Source: Rhodothermales bacterium
GTDB lineage: Bacteria; Bacteroidota; Rhodothermia; Rhodothermales; VXPQ01
NCBI GenBank assembly: GCA_951812335.1
Contig: OX638293.1
Span: 1,160,731-1,224,730 of the forward strand
Direction: 5' to 3'
Length of the DNA stretch: 64,000 nt
Shown here: piece after piece, positions 9,000 to 19,779 of the stretch
Layout: every line of letters starts with the position of its first letter
How positions within the stretch are numbered: position 1 is the stretch's first letter
Notes under the pieces: model-generated
Told to the model about the DNA's origin: nothing
Database searches by the model: none
What the model saw: the letters and a program-made list of their open reading frames with translations, nothing else
Translations under genes and position numbers: made by a program

Positions 9000-11153
9000 C
9001 TAATAATCCAGCAGGCCTTTTGCAGCGGTGTAGATATCCTCGTCCTGGGGCAAGACCGCTTTTTCGAGGGGACCTGAAAATGGAATATAGGTGAATGCGC
9101 CGGCCAGACGCCGCACCGGTGCGTCCAGCAAGGCAAAGGCTTCGTCCGCGATCCTTGCGGCGATTTCCGCACCGAAGCCCATGAATTCATGGTCTTCGTA
9201 GGCGATCAGTACACGGTTCGTTTTGCGGACCGAGGCGAGAATCGTTTCCATGTCCAGCGGAAGCATCGTCCGTATATCGACGATTTCTACGGAGACATTG
9301 TCTTCTCGCTCCAGCCGGTTTGCGGCGTGCGCGGCTTTGTGGACGATCATCCCCCAGGTAACGATGGTCAGATCGCTGCCTTCGCGTGCTACGCGTGCCT
9401 TGCCGAAAGGAAGATAACCGTTTTCGTCCGCCACGGGAGTGCGCGCGGCAGCCAGACGATATAGCGCCTTGTGTTCGAGGAACAGAATGGGGTCCTGGCT
9501 TCGGATGGCTGTCTTCAACAGGCCCTTGGCATCGGAAGCAATGGAGGGCATTGCCACCTTGAGGCCAGGGAAGTGCGCGAACATGGCTTCAATGTTCTGG
9601 GAGTGGCATAAGCCTCCGTGGATATATCCACCGCACGGTACGCGAATGACCATAGGGCAACTCCACTTGTTGTTCGACCGGTAGCGAAGCGGGGCCACCT
9701 GGTTGCGGATGTGTTGCATAGCCGGCCAGATGTAATCGGCGAATTGTATTTCCACCACCGGCTTGTAGCCGGAAGCGGCCAATCCCATTGCCGTGCCCAC
9801 CACAGATGCTTCGGCCAACGGCGAGTTGAAGCAGCGATCGGCTCCGAACCAGTCTGTCAGATCCCGAGTTGCCTTGAACACGCCGCCTTTTCCCCCGGCT
9901 ACGTCTTCGCCATAGACGATAACGTGCTCGTCACGCGTCATTTCTTCCTTCAGCGCAACGTTGACGGCATCCACGATGACTATCGGCTCGCCGATTGGCT
10001 CCGAGGCCTCGTAGTCGATGCCGAGATCTCCTTCGAACAAGACATGGCGGGTCGCGCTTTCCGGCGTTGGATCGCTTTGCTCCAGCGCCCACGTGGCTGC
10101 TTCCTCGATTTCCTTGCGAATCTCTTTCTCCATCTCCTCGACCGAATGCGCGTCCAGGACGCCTTCCTCGATGAGGGTCATTTCCATTAACAGGAGCGGA
10201 TCGACTTCCTGAGCTTCCGACAATTCTTCGGAAGAGCGGTATTTGGCGTGGTTATCGGATGAAGAGTGGGGGAAAAGACGAACCACATCGGCCACGAGGC
10301 ATACCGGTCCTTGTCCGGTCCGGATGTGTTCGATGGCCTGTCTGGACGCCGCCGCCATGTTGAAAAAATTCGTTCCGTCAACCCGGATACGTTTCAGTCC
10401 CTCGTATCCCGCAGCCAGTTTGTATGGGGTGCCCCCGGCGATCTGGTCTTCGACCGGTACCGAAATAGCGAATTTGTTGTCCTGAACAAAAAAAAGCACG
10501 GGGGCCTTGATGCGAGTGGCCCAGTTCAGCGCCTCGTGAAAAGCGCCTTGCGAAGTGGCCCCTTCTCCGGCGGATACATACACGAAAGCGTCTTCGCCCC
10601 GGCGCTGCACGGCCATAGCGAAGCCAAGCGCAGGAAGGAACTGCGAACCCACGGAAGATGACCCTGCCAGAATGTTGAGTTCCCGTACGCCGTAGTGCTG
10701 GGACATTTGCCGTCCGCCGGAACTTGGATCGTCGGCCTTGGCAAGATGGGCGAGCAGGGTGTCTCGAGCAGTCATGCCGACAGCAAGAGAGATGCATAGA
10801 TCCCGGTAGTACATACAGAACCAGTCGTGTCCGGGCTGTACATACATGCCGATAGCCGCTTGAGCGGCTTCATGGCCGGCGCATCCTGCGTGAAAGAATC
10901 CCTTGCCCTGCTTGAGCAGGGTCAGCATCTTTTCATCGAGCCGCCTTGCCAGTAGCATCGTACGGTACGCTTCACGGAGTTGCTTTCCGTCGAAATCGCT
11001 GGCGGTCAACTTGTCCACGTACAGGTCTTCGGCATAGGCTCTACCCGGTATAATCGCTTCGGAAGTGTGCCCATTGCCATGGCCAGGGTCGGGACGAAGA
11101 AGCGCTTCTCGAGGGGGTGTCTTTTTTCGATGTTGATCCTTCATTTTCGTCAT
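9000..11153 (-). CDS. Fused 2-oxoacid dehydrogenase E1 component (alpha + beta subunits in one polypeptide), TPP-dependent
   Basis: The N-terminal half has E1-alpha features (..MLLARRLDEKM.., GEGATSQGAFHEALN). The C-terminal half is a transketolase-like E1-beta (..VIVYGEDV..GGVFK.T..L). I chose the ATG at 11153 (MTKMKDQ..) because the 52 codons upstream look non-coding. Confidence 0.85.
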   Translation of the reverse strand: MTKMKDQHRKKTPPREALLRPDPGHGNGHTSEAIIPGRAYAEDLYVDKLTASDFDGKQLREAYRTMLLARRLDEKMLTLLKQGKGFFHAGCAGHEAAQAAIGMYVQPGHDWFCMYYRDLCISLAVGMTARDTLLAHLAKADDPSSGGRQMSQHYGVRELNILAGSSSVGSQFLPALGFAMAVQRRGEDAFVYVSAGEGATSQGAFHEALNWATRIKAPVLFFVQDNKFAISVPVEDQIAGGTPYKLAAGYEGLKRIRVDGTNFFNMAAASRQAIEHIRTGQGPVCLVADVVRLFPHSSSDNHAKYRSSEELSEAQEVDPLLLMEMTLIEEGVLDAHSVEEMEKEIRKEIEEAATWALEQSDPTPESATRHVLFEGDLGIDYEASEPIGEPIVIVDAVNVALKEEMTRDEHVIVYGEDVAGGKGGVFKATRDLTDWFGADRCFNSPLAEASVVGTAMGLAASGYKPVVEIQFADYIWPAMQHIRNQVAPLRYRSNNKWSCPMVIRVPCGGYIHGGLCHSQNIEAMFAHFPGLKVAMPSIASDAKGLLKTAIRSQDPILFLEHKALYRLAAARTPVADENGYLPFGKARVAREGSDLTIVTWGMIVHKAAHAANRLEREDNVSVEIVDIRTMLPLDMETILASVRKTNRVLIAYEDHEFMGFGAEIAARIADEAFALLDAPVRRLAGAFTYIPFSGPLEKAVLPQDEDIYTAAKGLLDY

Positions 11154-11220
11154 AGGAACGCACCAGGATACATCATTTTCGAAAATACGAAGAAGGGGTC
11201 GGGATTTCCAGAAAACAGGG

Positions 11221-12648
11221 TTATGCAGGGTTTGCGACCGGCAACTCGAACCAGAAACGGGAGCCTCGCCCGAAGGTGCTCTCAACGTGAATGGGCTCGT
11301 TATGCGCACGCAGGATCTGGTGGGCGATGCTTAGCCCCAGGCCCGAACCGCCGCTTTGGCGTGCACGGTCCGGGTCAACGCGGTAAAAACGCTCGAACAC
11401 CCTGTCGAGATGATGTTCCTCGATACCGCGTCCGGTGTCGATTACTTCAATACGCACCTTGTCGAGCCGTCGCTGGAAACGGCACCGAACAGTCCCTTCG
11501 TCGGTGTAGGAAATGGCATTCTCGATCAGATTTGTCAGAACCTGCCGGATACGATTCTGGTCGGCATGTACATACCGGGGAGGATTTTCCAATTCGAGAT
11601 GCAGTCCCTTTTCTTTTACTTTCGACGCCAGCGTGTCGCCGATTTCGCGGAGTAGTTCGGACAATTCGAAGGGGGCCGGCTTGATGAGGTCTTCCCGGCA
11701 TTCGAGCCGGGCAATCTCGATAAGATCGCTGAAAAGCGTTTGGAGTCGGTGCAGATTCGCAAGTCCCTTTTCGGCGTAGCGCCGGCGTTTCCTGGGGGTC
11801 AGCGAATCGCTGCCAAGCGCTTCGAGGTATCCGCTTACGGCAAACGTCGGGTTGCGCACTTCATGGCCCACATTGCCGATGAATTCGTTTTGCAGTTGCG
11901 CCAGACTCTGAAGTTCATTGATTTGCCTCTGGAAACCGGCTGACATGCGGTTCAGGCTCATGGCAAGGACGCGAAACTCGGCAGCGCGGGAATCCACCTC
12001 GATGTTTTCGCCCGGATTGCCTTCCGCAATGCGCCTGGCCGAGTTGTTGAGGGCTTGAAGAGGGGTTGTGATTTTGTTGGTGGCGACCCAACTCCCCGCC
12101 AGCGCAAGGAGCAGTACCAGGCCCAGGCTCACGACAAGCGTTATGCGCATATTGCGAACCATGGATACCTGCGGCGATTCCGGTTGCCCCACGGATACGA
12201 TCAGGTCGGTGGGTTCGTGTAAAAGCAGGGCATACAGCACGATCTGGCCGTCGGCGTCGGAGCGCTCGACGAAGCGGACCGGATTGGTCTGGGAAGGGTT
12301 TTCTTCCGGAAGATGTCGGACTTGTTCGGAGATATCCGTATGGCGCAGGGCTGTCTGGGTCGGGATGATATCGATGCGAAGATCCGTCACCGCAGCGATC
12401 TCTGAAATAATTGCGCGTTGCTTGTCCGTGGAGTCGGTGTCCTCGATACGGTCGGCGATCCTTTCCGCATAACGAAGCAGCGTACTGCGGGCCAATTCCT
12501 GTGTCTGACCATGCATCGCGAAAACAACATAGAGTCCTACGGCGACGACGGGCGGGCCTACGAACAAGGTAAACGTGAGAATCATCCACGTTTGCGTCGA
12601 GGCTCGCCTGGGAATGACGAGATCAGTGAGTCGCTTCAACAAGCCCAT
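11221..12648 (-). CDS. Sensor histidine kinase (two TM segments, HAMP, HisKA, HATPase)
   Basis: H-box HEVRNPT, N-box LTNLIENAI, G-boxes DTGRGI and GGSGLGLSI. Lies directly downstream of a response-regulator gene. Confidence 0.9.
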   Translation of the reverse strand: MGLLKRLTDLVIPRRASTQTWMILTFTLFVGPPVVAVGLYVVFAMHGQTQELARSTLLRYAERIADRIEDTDSTDKQRAIISEIAAVTDLRIDIIPTQTALRHTDISEQVRHLPEENPSQTNPVRFVERSDADGQIVLYALLLHEPTDLIVSVGQPESPQVSMVRNMRITLVVSLGLVLLLALAGSWVATNKITTPLQALNNSARRIAEGNPGENIEVDSRAAEFRVLAMSLNRMSAGFQRQINELQSLAQLQNEFIGNVGHEVRNPTFAVSGYLEALGSDSLTPRKRRRYAEKGLANLHRLQTLFSDLIEIARLECREDLIKPAPFELSELLREIGDTLASKVKEKGLHLELENPPRYVHADQNRIRQVLTNLIENAISYTDEGTVRCRFQRRLDKVRIEVIDTGRGIEEHHLDRVFERFYRVDPDRARQSGGSGLGLSIAHQILRAHNEPIHVESTFGRGSRFWFELPVANPA

Positions 12649-12752
12649 GGACCCGGAAACCTTGTTGATGAAACCGGGCCTGAGACCGGTAAACCCCCAT
12701 TGCCGTCGCGCCCTGCTGTTGCGGCGCGATACCGAAACGTTGCCTCGCCGGA

Positions 12753-13463
12753 TTATCCGGCTTCTTCCGCCTCATGTGAGAAGCGATAACCGACGCCCCG
12801 CACCGTTTGGATATGTTGGGCGAAGTCGCCGAGTTTTTCGCGCAGATTCTTGATGTGTGCATCCACCGTGCGCTCCGTAACCATCATGGCATCCTCCCAG
12901 ATTGTTTCGAGTAATTGTTTGCGGCTGAATGCCTTGAGAGGATGACGAACAAGGTAGAGCAACAGACTGAACTCGGTTTCGGTGAGACCGATGTCCCGGT
13001 TTGCAATCGTGGCGCGGTGCTCGTCCTCGTAGATTTTGAGACCGCTTATCTCGATAAATTTTCGTTCCCGGATACCCGACAGCCGGAGCGCCGTTCTCAC
13101 GTGCGCCAGAATCACCCCCGAGGAGACCGGCTTCATGAGATAATTGTCTCCGCCGGCCATGAGTGCCTTGATCTGATCCCGTTCTTCCGTTTTGGCTGTC
13201 AGGAAAATGATCGGAATCGTTTCTGTGGCAATGCGCGAACGCAGTTGTTTGCACACCTCGATACCGTCGAGTTTCGGCAGCATGATGTCAAGCAGGATGA
13301 CATTCGTGTCGGATGTTGCCTTGGCAAGGGCTTCTTCGCCGTTGTAGGCTTTATTTACCTTGTATTTTTCCTCTTCCAGGAAATGGGATACCATTTCCAC
13401 CACATCTTCTTCGTCATCCACGACGAGAATGGTGATATCCGAAGGATCTGCAGGTGTATTCAT
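12753..13463 (-). CDS. OmpR/PhoB-type response regulator
   Basis: Receiver domain (ILVVDDEEDV .. LDIMLPKLDG .. FLTAK) plus a winged-helix C-terminus (..LT.TEF.LL..L...P...FSR.QL....W .. VRGVGYRF). I chose the ATG at 13463. Confidence 0.9.
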   Translation of the reverse strand: MNTPADPSDITILVVDDEEDVVEMVSHFLEEEKYKVNKAYNGEEALAKATSDTNVILLDIMLPKLDGIEVCKQLRSRIATETIPIIFLTAKTEERDQIKALMAGGDNYLMKPVSSGVILAHVRTALRLSGIRERKFIEISGLKIYEDEHRATIANRDIGLTETEFSLLLYLVRHPLKAFSRKQLLETIWEDAMMVTERTVDAHIKNLREKLGDFAQHIQTVRGVGYRFSHEAEEAG

Positions 13464-13570
13464 ACCGGTCGATTTGCCCTGAATAGCCCGAGTAACACAG
13501 AAATACCGAAATTTCAGGAAAGATACGTCAAATTCGGCAATGAAACGAACCTCCGGGGTTGGGAGATAAT

Positions 13571-14674
13571 TCATTGGACGTATATGCGCGGCACATGGGC
13601 CGGAACGCCAACCAGTATTTCATGCGAAATGGTTTCGGCCCATGCCGCCAAGTCCGCGGCGTCGGGTCCGTTCTTTCTATATTTTCCCTCCCTTCCGAAC
13701 AGCATCACGTCATCGCCCACAGCGATGTTGTGCTCCGGTCCCGTGTCGACCATGAACATGTTCATGCATACGGTTCCCACCACCGGGTATTTTCCCCCCC
13801 GAATGGTTACAAAGGCCCGGTTGCCAGGAATTCTCGGATAGCCGTCCGCATATCCTGCTCCGACGGTTGCGATGGATGTAGGGCGATCCGCCGTCCACGT
13901 GCACCCATAGGATATGCTTGTACCGGGTGAAACCTTTTTCAGGTGTGTAACCTTCGAATAGAGCGTCATCGCCGGTTCCAGCCCGTAATCCTTTTCGAGT
14001 CCGTTGTATCCGTAGAGTCCGATACCTGCACGCGCTATGGACCGGTCCCAGGCGGTTGCTTCGGGGAACCTGAGGATGCTGCCTGTAGCCGTGGCATGTA
14101 TGGTTTCTGCAGCATCCCCAACCTTTGCGACTACGTGATCGAAGCGTTCCAATTGTTCGTACGCAAATCCGGCGTCGCTGTAGGCTGTGGCGAGGTGAGT
14201 CCACAGACCGGCGATTTCCACGTTCGGGGCCCGGTCGAGACGGGTTACGATCCGCTCGGCTTGCCCGGGGGATATGCCGATACGCCCCATACCCGTATCC
14301 ACTTTGACATGTACGCGAAACGCGTGGGCGGTGCATTCGAGAATAGCGTCGGCGATCGCAGGAGAGGAAACAGTGATATCGAGTTCATGTTCGGGCAAGA
14401 CATGCAGGTGTTCGACAGGCGGTGCTGTAAGGACCAGAATACGTTCCTCAATGCCGCCTTCGCGCAAGCGCAGGCCCTCACCGGTTGTGGCCACGCCAAA
14501 CCAGCGTACGCCATGCTGCGCCAGCGTCCGGGCAGTGCGCAGGATGCCATGGCCATATGCATCTGATTTCACGATGGCCATCAGCGGGGCTTTACCGGCG
14601 TATTTGCGAAGAATGGCTGTGTTGTGCCGTAGCCGATCCAGGCGAATGTGGGCCCTCGTCGGCGAATACAACAT
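13571..14674 (-). CDS. alr: Alanine racemase
   Basis: PLP-lysine motif AIVKSDAYGHG near the N-terminus and the characteristic ..VCMNMFMVD.. segment near the C-terminus. I chose the ATG at 14674 (MLYSPTRAHIRLD..). Confidence 0.9.
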   Translation of the reverse strand: MLYSPTRAHIRLDRLRHNTAILRKYAGKAPLMAIVKSDAYGHGILRTARTLAQHGVRWFGVATTGEGLRLREGGIEERILVLTAPPVEHLHVLPEHELDITVSSPAIADAILECTAHAFRVHVKVDTGMGRIGISPGQAERIVTRLDRAPNVEIAGLWTHLATAYSDAGFAYEQLERFDHVVAKVGDAAETIHATATGSILRFPEATAWDRSIARAGIGLYGYNGLEKDYGLEPAMTLYSKVTHLKKVSPGTSISYGCTWTADRPTSIATVGAGYADGYPRIPGNRAFVTIRGGKYPVVGTVCMNMFMVDTGPEHNIAVGDDVMLFGREGKYRKNGPDAADLAAWAETISHEILVGVPAHVPRIYVQ

Positions 14675-14937
14675 GTCTGTTTCGCGGAGCCCGGTAACGG
14701 AAGGGTTCTCTTGGGTGAGAGGCCGGAGCAAGGTCGGTGCGGGGTAGCGGTTTTCGGATTCATGGCGATGCGAAATATATTCTAATCTCGCATCGGGTGC
14801 ATATCGGTGTCGCATTTTGGCGTTCGCATGGATAATTTACGAATTGCGGCGTCACGGGGTCATTTTGGGGTCGTTTTCGCGTTATGCAACGGGACGTTCG
14901 ACATCTCGCACGATCCATCCGGATATATCCATACGTT

Positions 14938-17205
14938 ATGTACAGATCCATTTCGATATGCTTTTTTGCAGTGCTGTTACCGGCGGCTGCGATGGCGCAG
15001 GAGGCCGAAACGCCCATGCTCACGCTGGAAGATATTCACGCTTCCGGAATGTTTGTTTCCGCATCGTTTCAAGGAGGAAAGTGGGCCGGGGAAGGACCGG
15101 TTGCGACATTTGTCGAACAGGATGGAGAGGTTGCGCATCTTATCCGGTACGACCTTGAAACGGAGCAACGCGAATTCCTCGTGGATGGCGCGAAATTGTA
15201 CGCTCCGGATGTGGAACGTACCATCGGGATCGACGAGTATGCGTACAGCCCCGACGGGTCCGCCATGCTGATATATACCGATTCGGAACAGGTATGGAGA
15301 TACAATACGAAGGGCTATTACTACCTCTACGATCTGTCGACGCAACGCCTCACCCCCATTGCACGCCGTGAAGACGGGTTTCAGATGTTCGCCAAGTTCA
15401 GTCCTGACGGACGCCGCGTGGCGTTTGTGCGCAACCGGGATTTGTTTGTCGTCGATCTGGCCGATATGTCGGAGCGCAGGCTGACCGACGATGGGGGGCC
15501 GGGCAAAATAATCAACGGCACGTCCGACTGGGTGTACGAGGAGGAATTCGGGTTGCGAGACGGATGGGCATGGTCGCCTGACGCAGCCCGGATCGCCTAT
15601 GTGCAACTCGACGAATCGAACACGCGGGAGTTCGTTATGGCGGACCTGCGTGCGCAGTATCCGGATATTGTGCGGTTTCGGTATCCGAAAGCCGGGGAGG
15701 CCAACAGCGAAATACGAGTCGGTGTGGTGGATGTGGTATCGGGGGCGCGTCGGTTTTTTGACACGGGCACGTGGCGGACCGGGGAAGACGACCCGGAGTA
15801 TATCCCGAGCCTCGGCTGGACTCCCGAAGTGGATGGCATGTCTTATGTATGGTTTTTCCGCCTTAACCGGGAGCAGAATCGGGTGGATGTGCTCTATGGT
15901 TCTCCGGAGGATATGTCTACCCGCCTTGTGCTTCGCGAGGAAAACGATACGTGGATCGATGTGGAAACAAGTTTCGGAGATTTGGCCGGGGGAACGATTA
16001 CGTACCTTGACGACGATCGGCATTTCGTGTGGATGAGCGAACGGGATGGATACCGCCACCTGTATCTCTATGAAAACGATGGCGCCTTCGTGCGGCAGTT
16101 GACGCATGGCGCCTGGAACGTTACGAATTTTCACGGTATTGCTCTCGACAGGGATGCGCTCTTTTTTACGGCCACGGCGGCTTCGCCGCTTGAGCGCCAT
16201 CTGTACCGGATTTCGTTCCGGGATCCGGATGCGGAGCCGGTCCGGATTACGGAGCGTCCGGGGAGCCACGGTATCGATATGTCGCCCGATTTGCGGTACT
16301 ACATCGACCGGTTCACAAATGTGCGCACGCCGCTTGCCGCAACGCTTCACAAGGCCGACGGGACCTCTGTCAAGGTGCTTGAAGATAATACGGCCTTGCG
16401 GGAACGGCTCGCCGAGTATAATCTACCGGAGCCTGAGTTTATTGAGGCGCCCGGGAGCGACGGGACCATGCTGAATGCCTGGATGCTCAAACCGACGGAT
16501 TTCGATGCCTCGCGGCAGTACCCGCTTTTGTTGTATGTATACGGGGGTCCCGGATCGCAGACTGTGCAAAATGCATGGGGCGGGAGTCGGTATCTCTGGC
16601 ATGCGTATCTTGTCGAAGAATACGACATGGTCATTGCCAGCGTGGACAACCGTGGTACGGGAGGTCGTAGCAAGGATTTCAAGAGCGCGACGTATGAAAA
16701 ACTGGGAATCCCTGAGGCCGAGGATCAGATTGCTTCGGCGAAGCATTTTAGTACGTTACCGTATATCGATGCCGACCGTACGGGCATATGGGGATGGAGC
16801 TACGGCGGTTTTATGACCCTCATGTCCCTGCTTTATGGCGACGGACCGGATACGTTCGAACTCGGCGTTTCCGTAGCCCCGGTAACCAGTTGGCGGCAGT
16901 ACGACACGATCTATACGGAGCGGTATATGTCCACTCCGCAGCGTAACGAAGAAGGGTATCGGAACAGTGCGCCCGTTACATGGGCAGACCGGCTGAGAGA
17001 CAACCAGGACCTGCTGATTGTACACGGCGACCTCGATGACAACGTGCATTTCCAGAACACGGTCCAGATGGCGGATGCGCTGCAGCAAGCCGGAAAACAG
17101 TTCGACCTTATGATGTATCCTGGCCGGAATCACGGGATTTACGGAGGAATGACCCGACTGCATCTGTACACGCTTGTCACTGGCTACATCGCAGACAACC
17201 TGTAA
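14938..17205 (+). CDS. Dipeptidyl-peptidase IV type S9 serine peptidase, secreted
   Basis: Signal peptide MYRSISICFFAVLLPAAAMAQ, a DPP-IV N-terminal propeller region, catalytic GWSYGG, and DDNVHF near the C-terminus. Confidence 0.9.
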   Translation: MYRSISICFFAVLLPAAAMAQEAETPMLTLEDIHASGMFVSASFQGGKWAGEGPVATFVEQDGEVAHLIRYDLETEQREFLVDGAKLYAPDVERTIGIDEYAYSPDGSAMLIYTDSEQVWRYNTKGYYYLYDLSTQRLTPIARREDGFQMFAKFSPDGRRVAFVRNRDLFVVDLADMSERRLTDDGGPGKIINGTSDWVYEEEFGLRDGWAWSPDAARIAYVQLDESNTREFVMADLRAQYPDIVRFRYPKAGEANSEIRVGVVDVVSGARRFFDTGTWRTGEDDPEYIPSLGWTPEVDGMSYVWFFRLNREQNRVDVLYGSPEDMSTRLVLREENDTWIDVETSFGDLAGGTITYLDDDRHFVWMSERDGYRHLYLYENDGAFVRQLTHGAWNVTNFHGIALDRDALFFTATAASPLERHLYRISFRDPDAEPVRITERPGSHGIDMSPDLRYYIDRFTNVRTPLAATLHKADGTSVKVLEDNTALRERLAEYNLPEPEFIEAPGSDGTMLNAWMLKPTDFDASRQYPLLLYVYGGPGSQTVQNAWGGSRYLWHAYLVEEYDMVIASVDNRGTGGRSKDFKSATYEKLGIPEAEDQIASAKHFSTLPYIDADRTGIWGWSYGGFMTLMSLLYGDGPDTFELGVSVAPVTSWRQYDTIYTERYMSTPQRNEEGYRNSAPVTWADRLRDNQDLLIVHGDLDDNVHFQNTVQMADALQQAGKQFDLMMYPGRNHGIYGGMTRLHLYTLVTGYIADNL

Positions 17206-17215
17206 CGCTCGCCGC

Positions 17216-18511
17216 ATGACGACACCCGATCTTCTTCTCAAGGGAGGCGCTGTTCTCGATCCGGCGACCGGGTCGCAGGAAGTTGCCGACGTGCTGGTCA
17301 GGGATGGCCGGATTGCATCCCTAGGGGCGGATCTTGTTGCGCAAGATGTCCCCGTATACGATTGTTCCGGCAAGATCGTCTCTCCGGGCTGGATGGACAT
17401 GCATGTCCATTTTCGGGAACCGGGCTACGAGCACAAGGAGACGATCGCCACGGGATGCCGCGCGGCAGCGGCGGGCGGGTTTACCGCCGTGGCCTGTATG
17501 CCCAATACATCTCCCCCTATTCACACGCGCGATGTAGTGGAATTCATCGTTGAGCGTGCCGCGGCGACACCGGTGGATGTACATCCCATTGCATGTGTGT
17601 CGAAAGATCGTAAAGGGGAGACGCTGACCGAAATGGGAGATTTGATCGATGGCGGAGCGGTTGCTTTCAGCGACGACGGTTCGCCGGTGCAGCATGCCGG
17701 GTTGATGCGGCGCGCGCTCGAATACAGCGCTTCGTTCGGGAAGCCGGTCATCAACCATATGGAAGACCTTACGCTCAATGCGGACGGGCATATGCATGAG
17801 GGGGAGGTTGCGACCCGCCTTGGGGTTCCCGGCATTCCGTCGCTTGCAGAAGAGGTGATGATCGCCCGCGACATCTTGCTGGCCGGGTTCACGGGCGGCC
17901 ATGTACATGTGGCGCATATTTCCACGGCACAGGCTGTCGACCTGGTGCGTCAGGCAAAAGAGCGCGGTATTCGGATTACCGCGGAAGTTTGCACGCACCA
18001 CGTTGCTTTGACCGACGAGGCCGTCGAATCGACCGGTTTCGGTACGGATGTCAAGATGCACCCCCCCTTACGCACGGCAGCGGATGTGGAGGCGCTCAAG
18101 GAAGGGCTTCGGGACGGTGCGATCGACGTGATCTGTACGGATCATGCCCCGCATGCGCCCTTTGAGAAGGAGGTGGAATTTCTTGCTGCCCCGTTTGGTA
18201 TTCTCGGCCTCGAAACGGCCTGGGGCCTTATCGGTCGGGAACTCCTTACGCCGGGCGTGCTGACGATTGCCGAAGCCGTACGGAAAATCACGGTGGCCCC
18301 CCGCCGTATTCTTGGTCTTCCCCTGCCTCGCGTTGCCGAAGGAGAGGAAGCAAATCTTACCGTGTTCGACGCTACGACGCGCTGGACGTTCGAGTCGCGG
18401 CATATCCGCTCCAAAAGCCGCAACACACCTTTTACGGGCAGTGAGATGGTGGGGCGTCCCTGGGCCATCTACAACAGAAAACAGTTCGTGCCGACGGACG
18501 CTGCAGGGTAA
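17216..18511 (+). CDS. pyrC: Dihydroorotase (cyclic amidohydrolase family)
   Basis: Contains G..D.HVHFREPG.E.KET and ..HV.H.S.. motifs. 432 aa from the ATG at 17216. Confidence 0.85.
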   Translation: MTTPDLLLKGGAVLDPATGSQEVADVLVRDGRIASLGADLVAQDVPVYDCSGKIVSPGWMDMHVHFREPGYEHKETIATGCRAAAAGGFTAVACMPNTSPPIHTRDVVEFIVERAAATPVDVHPIACVSKDRKGETLTEMGDLIDGGAVAFSDDGSPVQHAGLMRRALEYSASFGKPVINHMEDLTLNADGHMHEGEVATRLGVPGIPSLAEEVMIARDILLAGFTGGHVHVAHISTAQAVDLVRQAKERGIRITAEVCTHHVALTDEAVESTGFGTDVKMHPPLRTAADVEALKEGLRDGAIDVICTDHAPHAPFEKEVEFLAAPFGILGLETAWGLIGRELLTPGVLTIAEAVRKITVAPRRILGLPLPRVAEGEEANLTVFDATTRWTFESRHIRSKSRNTPFTGSEMVGRPWAIYNRKQFVPTDAAG

Positions 18512-18516
18512 CCGGC

Positions 18517-19779
18517 ATGGATCCGAGTTCTCACAAGATCCGCGTCGGGGTTCTTTTTGGAGGCGTCGCCCCCGAACACGAGGTATCCGTCATCACGGCG
18601 CAACAGGCGATCCATGCACTCGACCCGGAGCGGTACGAACCTGTGCCGGTTTATATAGCCAAAGATGGCGCTTGGTTCGTCGGAGACATGCTGGCAGATA
18701 TCCAGACGTTCCGGGATGTCGAGCGCATCCGTCGCAAAGCCGTCCCGGTTCATGCCGTTCCGGGCGATGCCCATGCGCTTCTGCTGGTCGAGCAAAAACG
18801 CGCCGGGCTGTTTGCACGTCGTCCGAGGACATATCGGGTGGACGTAGCGTTTCTTGCCTTGCACGGCGGTTCCGGAGAGGATGGGGGCGTACAGGGATTC
18901 CTGGAAATGTGTAACGTACCTTTCACCGGCAGCGGGATTGCCGGATCGGCCATCGGCATGGACAAGGTGCTATCCAAGTATCTGTGTCGGGACCAGAACA
19001 TTCCCATGGTGGATTTTCTGGTTTTGCACGAGTCGGAGTGGGTAGATCGAGAGGAGGCCTGGCTGGATCGCTGCGAGCGGAAACTGGGCTATCCTGTCGT
19101 GGTCAAGCCGGCCTGTCTCGGGTCTTCGATAGGTATTGCGAAGGTCGGAGATCGGAAGACGTTGGATCGGGCTATCGAGGATGCATTCAGGTACGACCGA
19201 AAACTGGTCGTGGAGCACGCCGTCCGGCAATTGAAGGAGATCAATTGCGCGGTCCTCGGTGGGGAAGATAACGCCATCGTGAGCGCACTCGAGCAACCCT
19301 TGCACGTCGACAGCGAGAATTTGCTCACTTTTCGGGACAAGTATATGCGTGGGGACAATGGTGGAGAGGCGGCAAAGCGTGGCGTACGGAACGCCAAACA
19401 GCCTGAAGCGGGGCGCGGTATGGCCTCTCTGGATCGCATCGTACCGGCGCTCATCGACGAAAAAATCGCCGAACGCATTCGTACGTTGGCATTGCAGGTG
19501 TTTCGTCTGTTGGGATGCGGAGGAGTGGCGCGTATTGATTTCATGATTGACGAAGCCGACGGCGCCTTGTATTTCAACGAAATCAACACCATTCCAGGCT
19601 CGTTCTCCTTTTATCTTTGGGAGCCGGCGGGCATTTCCTTTGGGGAGCTTGTGCATCGAATGATCGAGTTGGCTTTCGAAAGTCATCGCGCCCGAAACCG
19701 GCTTATCCGCACGTACGATGTGAACCTGCTTTCCGAAACCGGCTTGCGCGGGATCAAGGGATCGAAATCGGGATCATGA
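18517..19779 (+). CDS. ddl: D-alanine--D-alanine ligase, long form
   Basis: Contains VGVLFGG.APEHEVS, ALHG..GEDG..QG.LE, GYPV.VKPA..GSS.G and R.DF......Y.NE.NT.PG. At 420 aa it is longer than usual (see finding). Confidence 0.9.
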   Translation: MDPSSHKIRVGVLFGGVAPEHEVSVITAQQAIHALDPERYEPVPVYIAKDGAWFVGDMLADIQTFRDVERIRRKAVPVHAVPGDAHALLLVEQKRAGLFARRPRTYRVDVAFLALHGGSGEDGGVQGFLEMCNVPFTGSGIAGSAIGMDKVLSKYLCRDQNIPMVDFLVLHESEWVDREEAWLDRCERKLGYPVVVKPACLGSSIGIAKVGDRKTLDRAIEDAFRYDRKLVVEHAVRQLKEINCAVLGGEDNAIVSALEQPLHVDSENLLTFRDKYMRGDNGGEAAKRGVRNAKQPEAGRGMASLDRIVPALIDEKIAERIRTLALQVFRLLGCGGVARIDFMIDEADGALYFNEINTIPGSFSFYLWEPAGISFGELVHRMIELAFESHRARNRLIRTYDVNLLSETGLRGIKGSKSGS

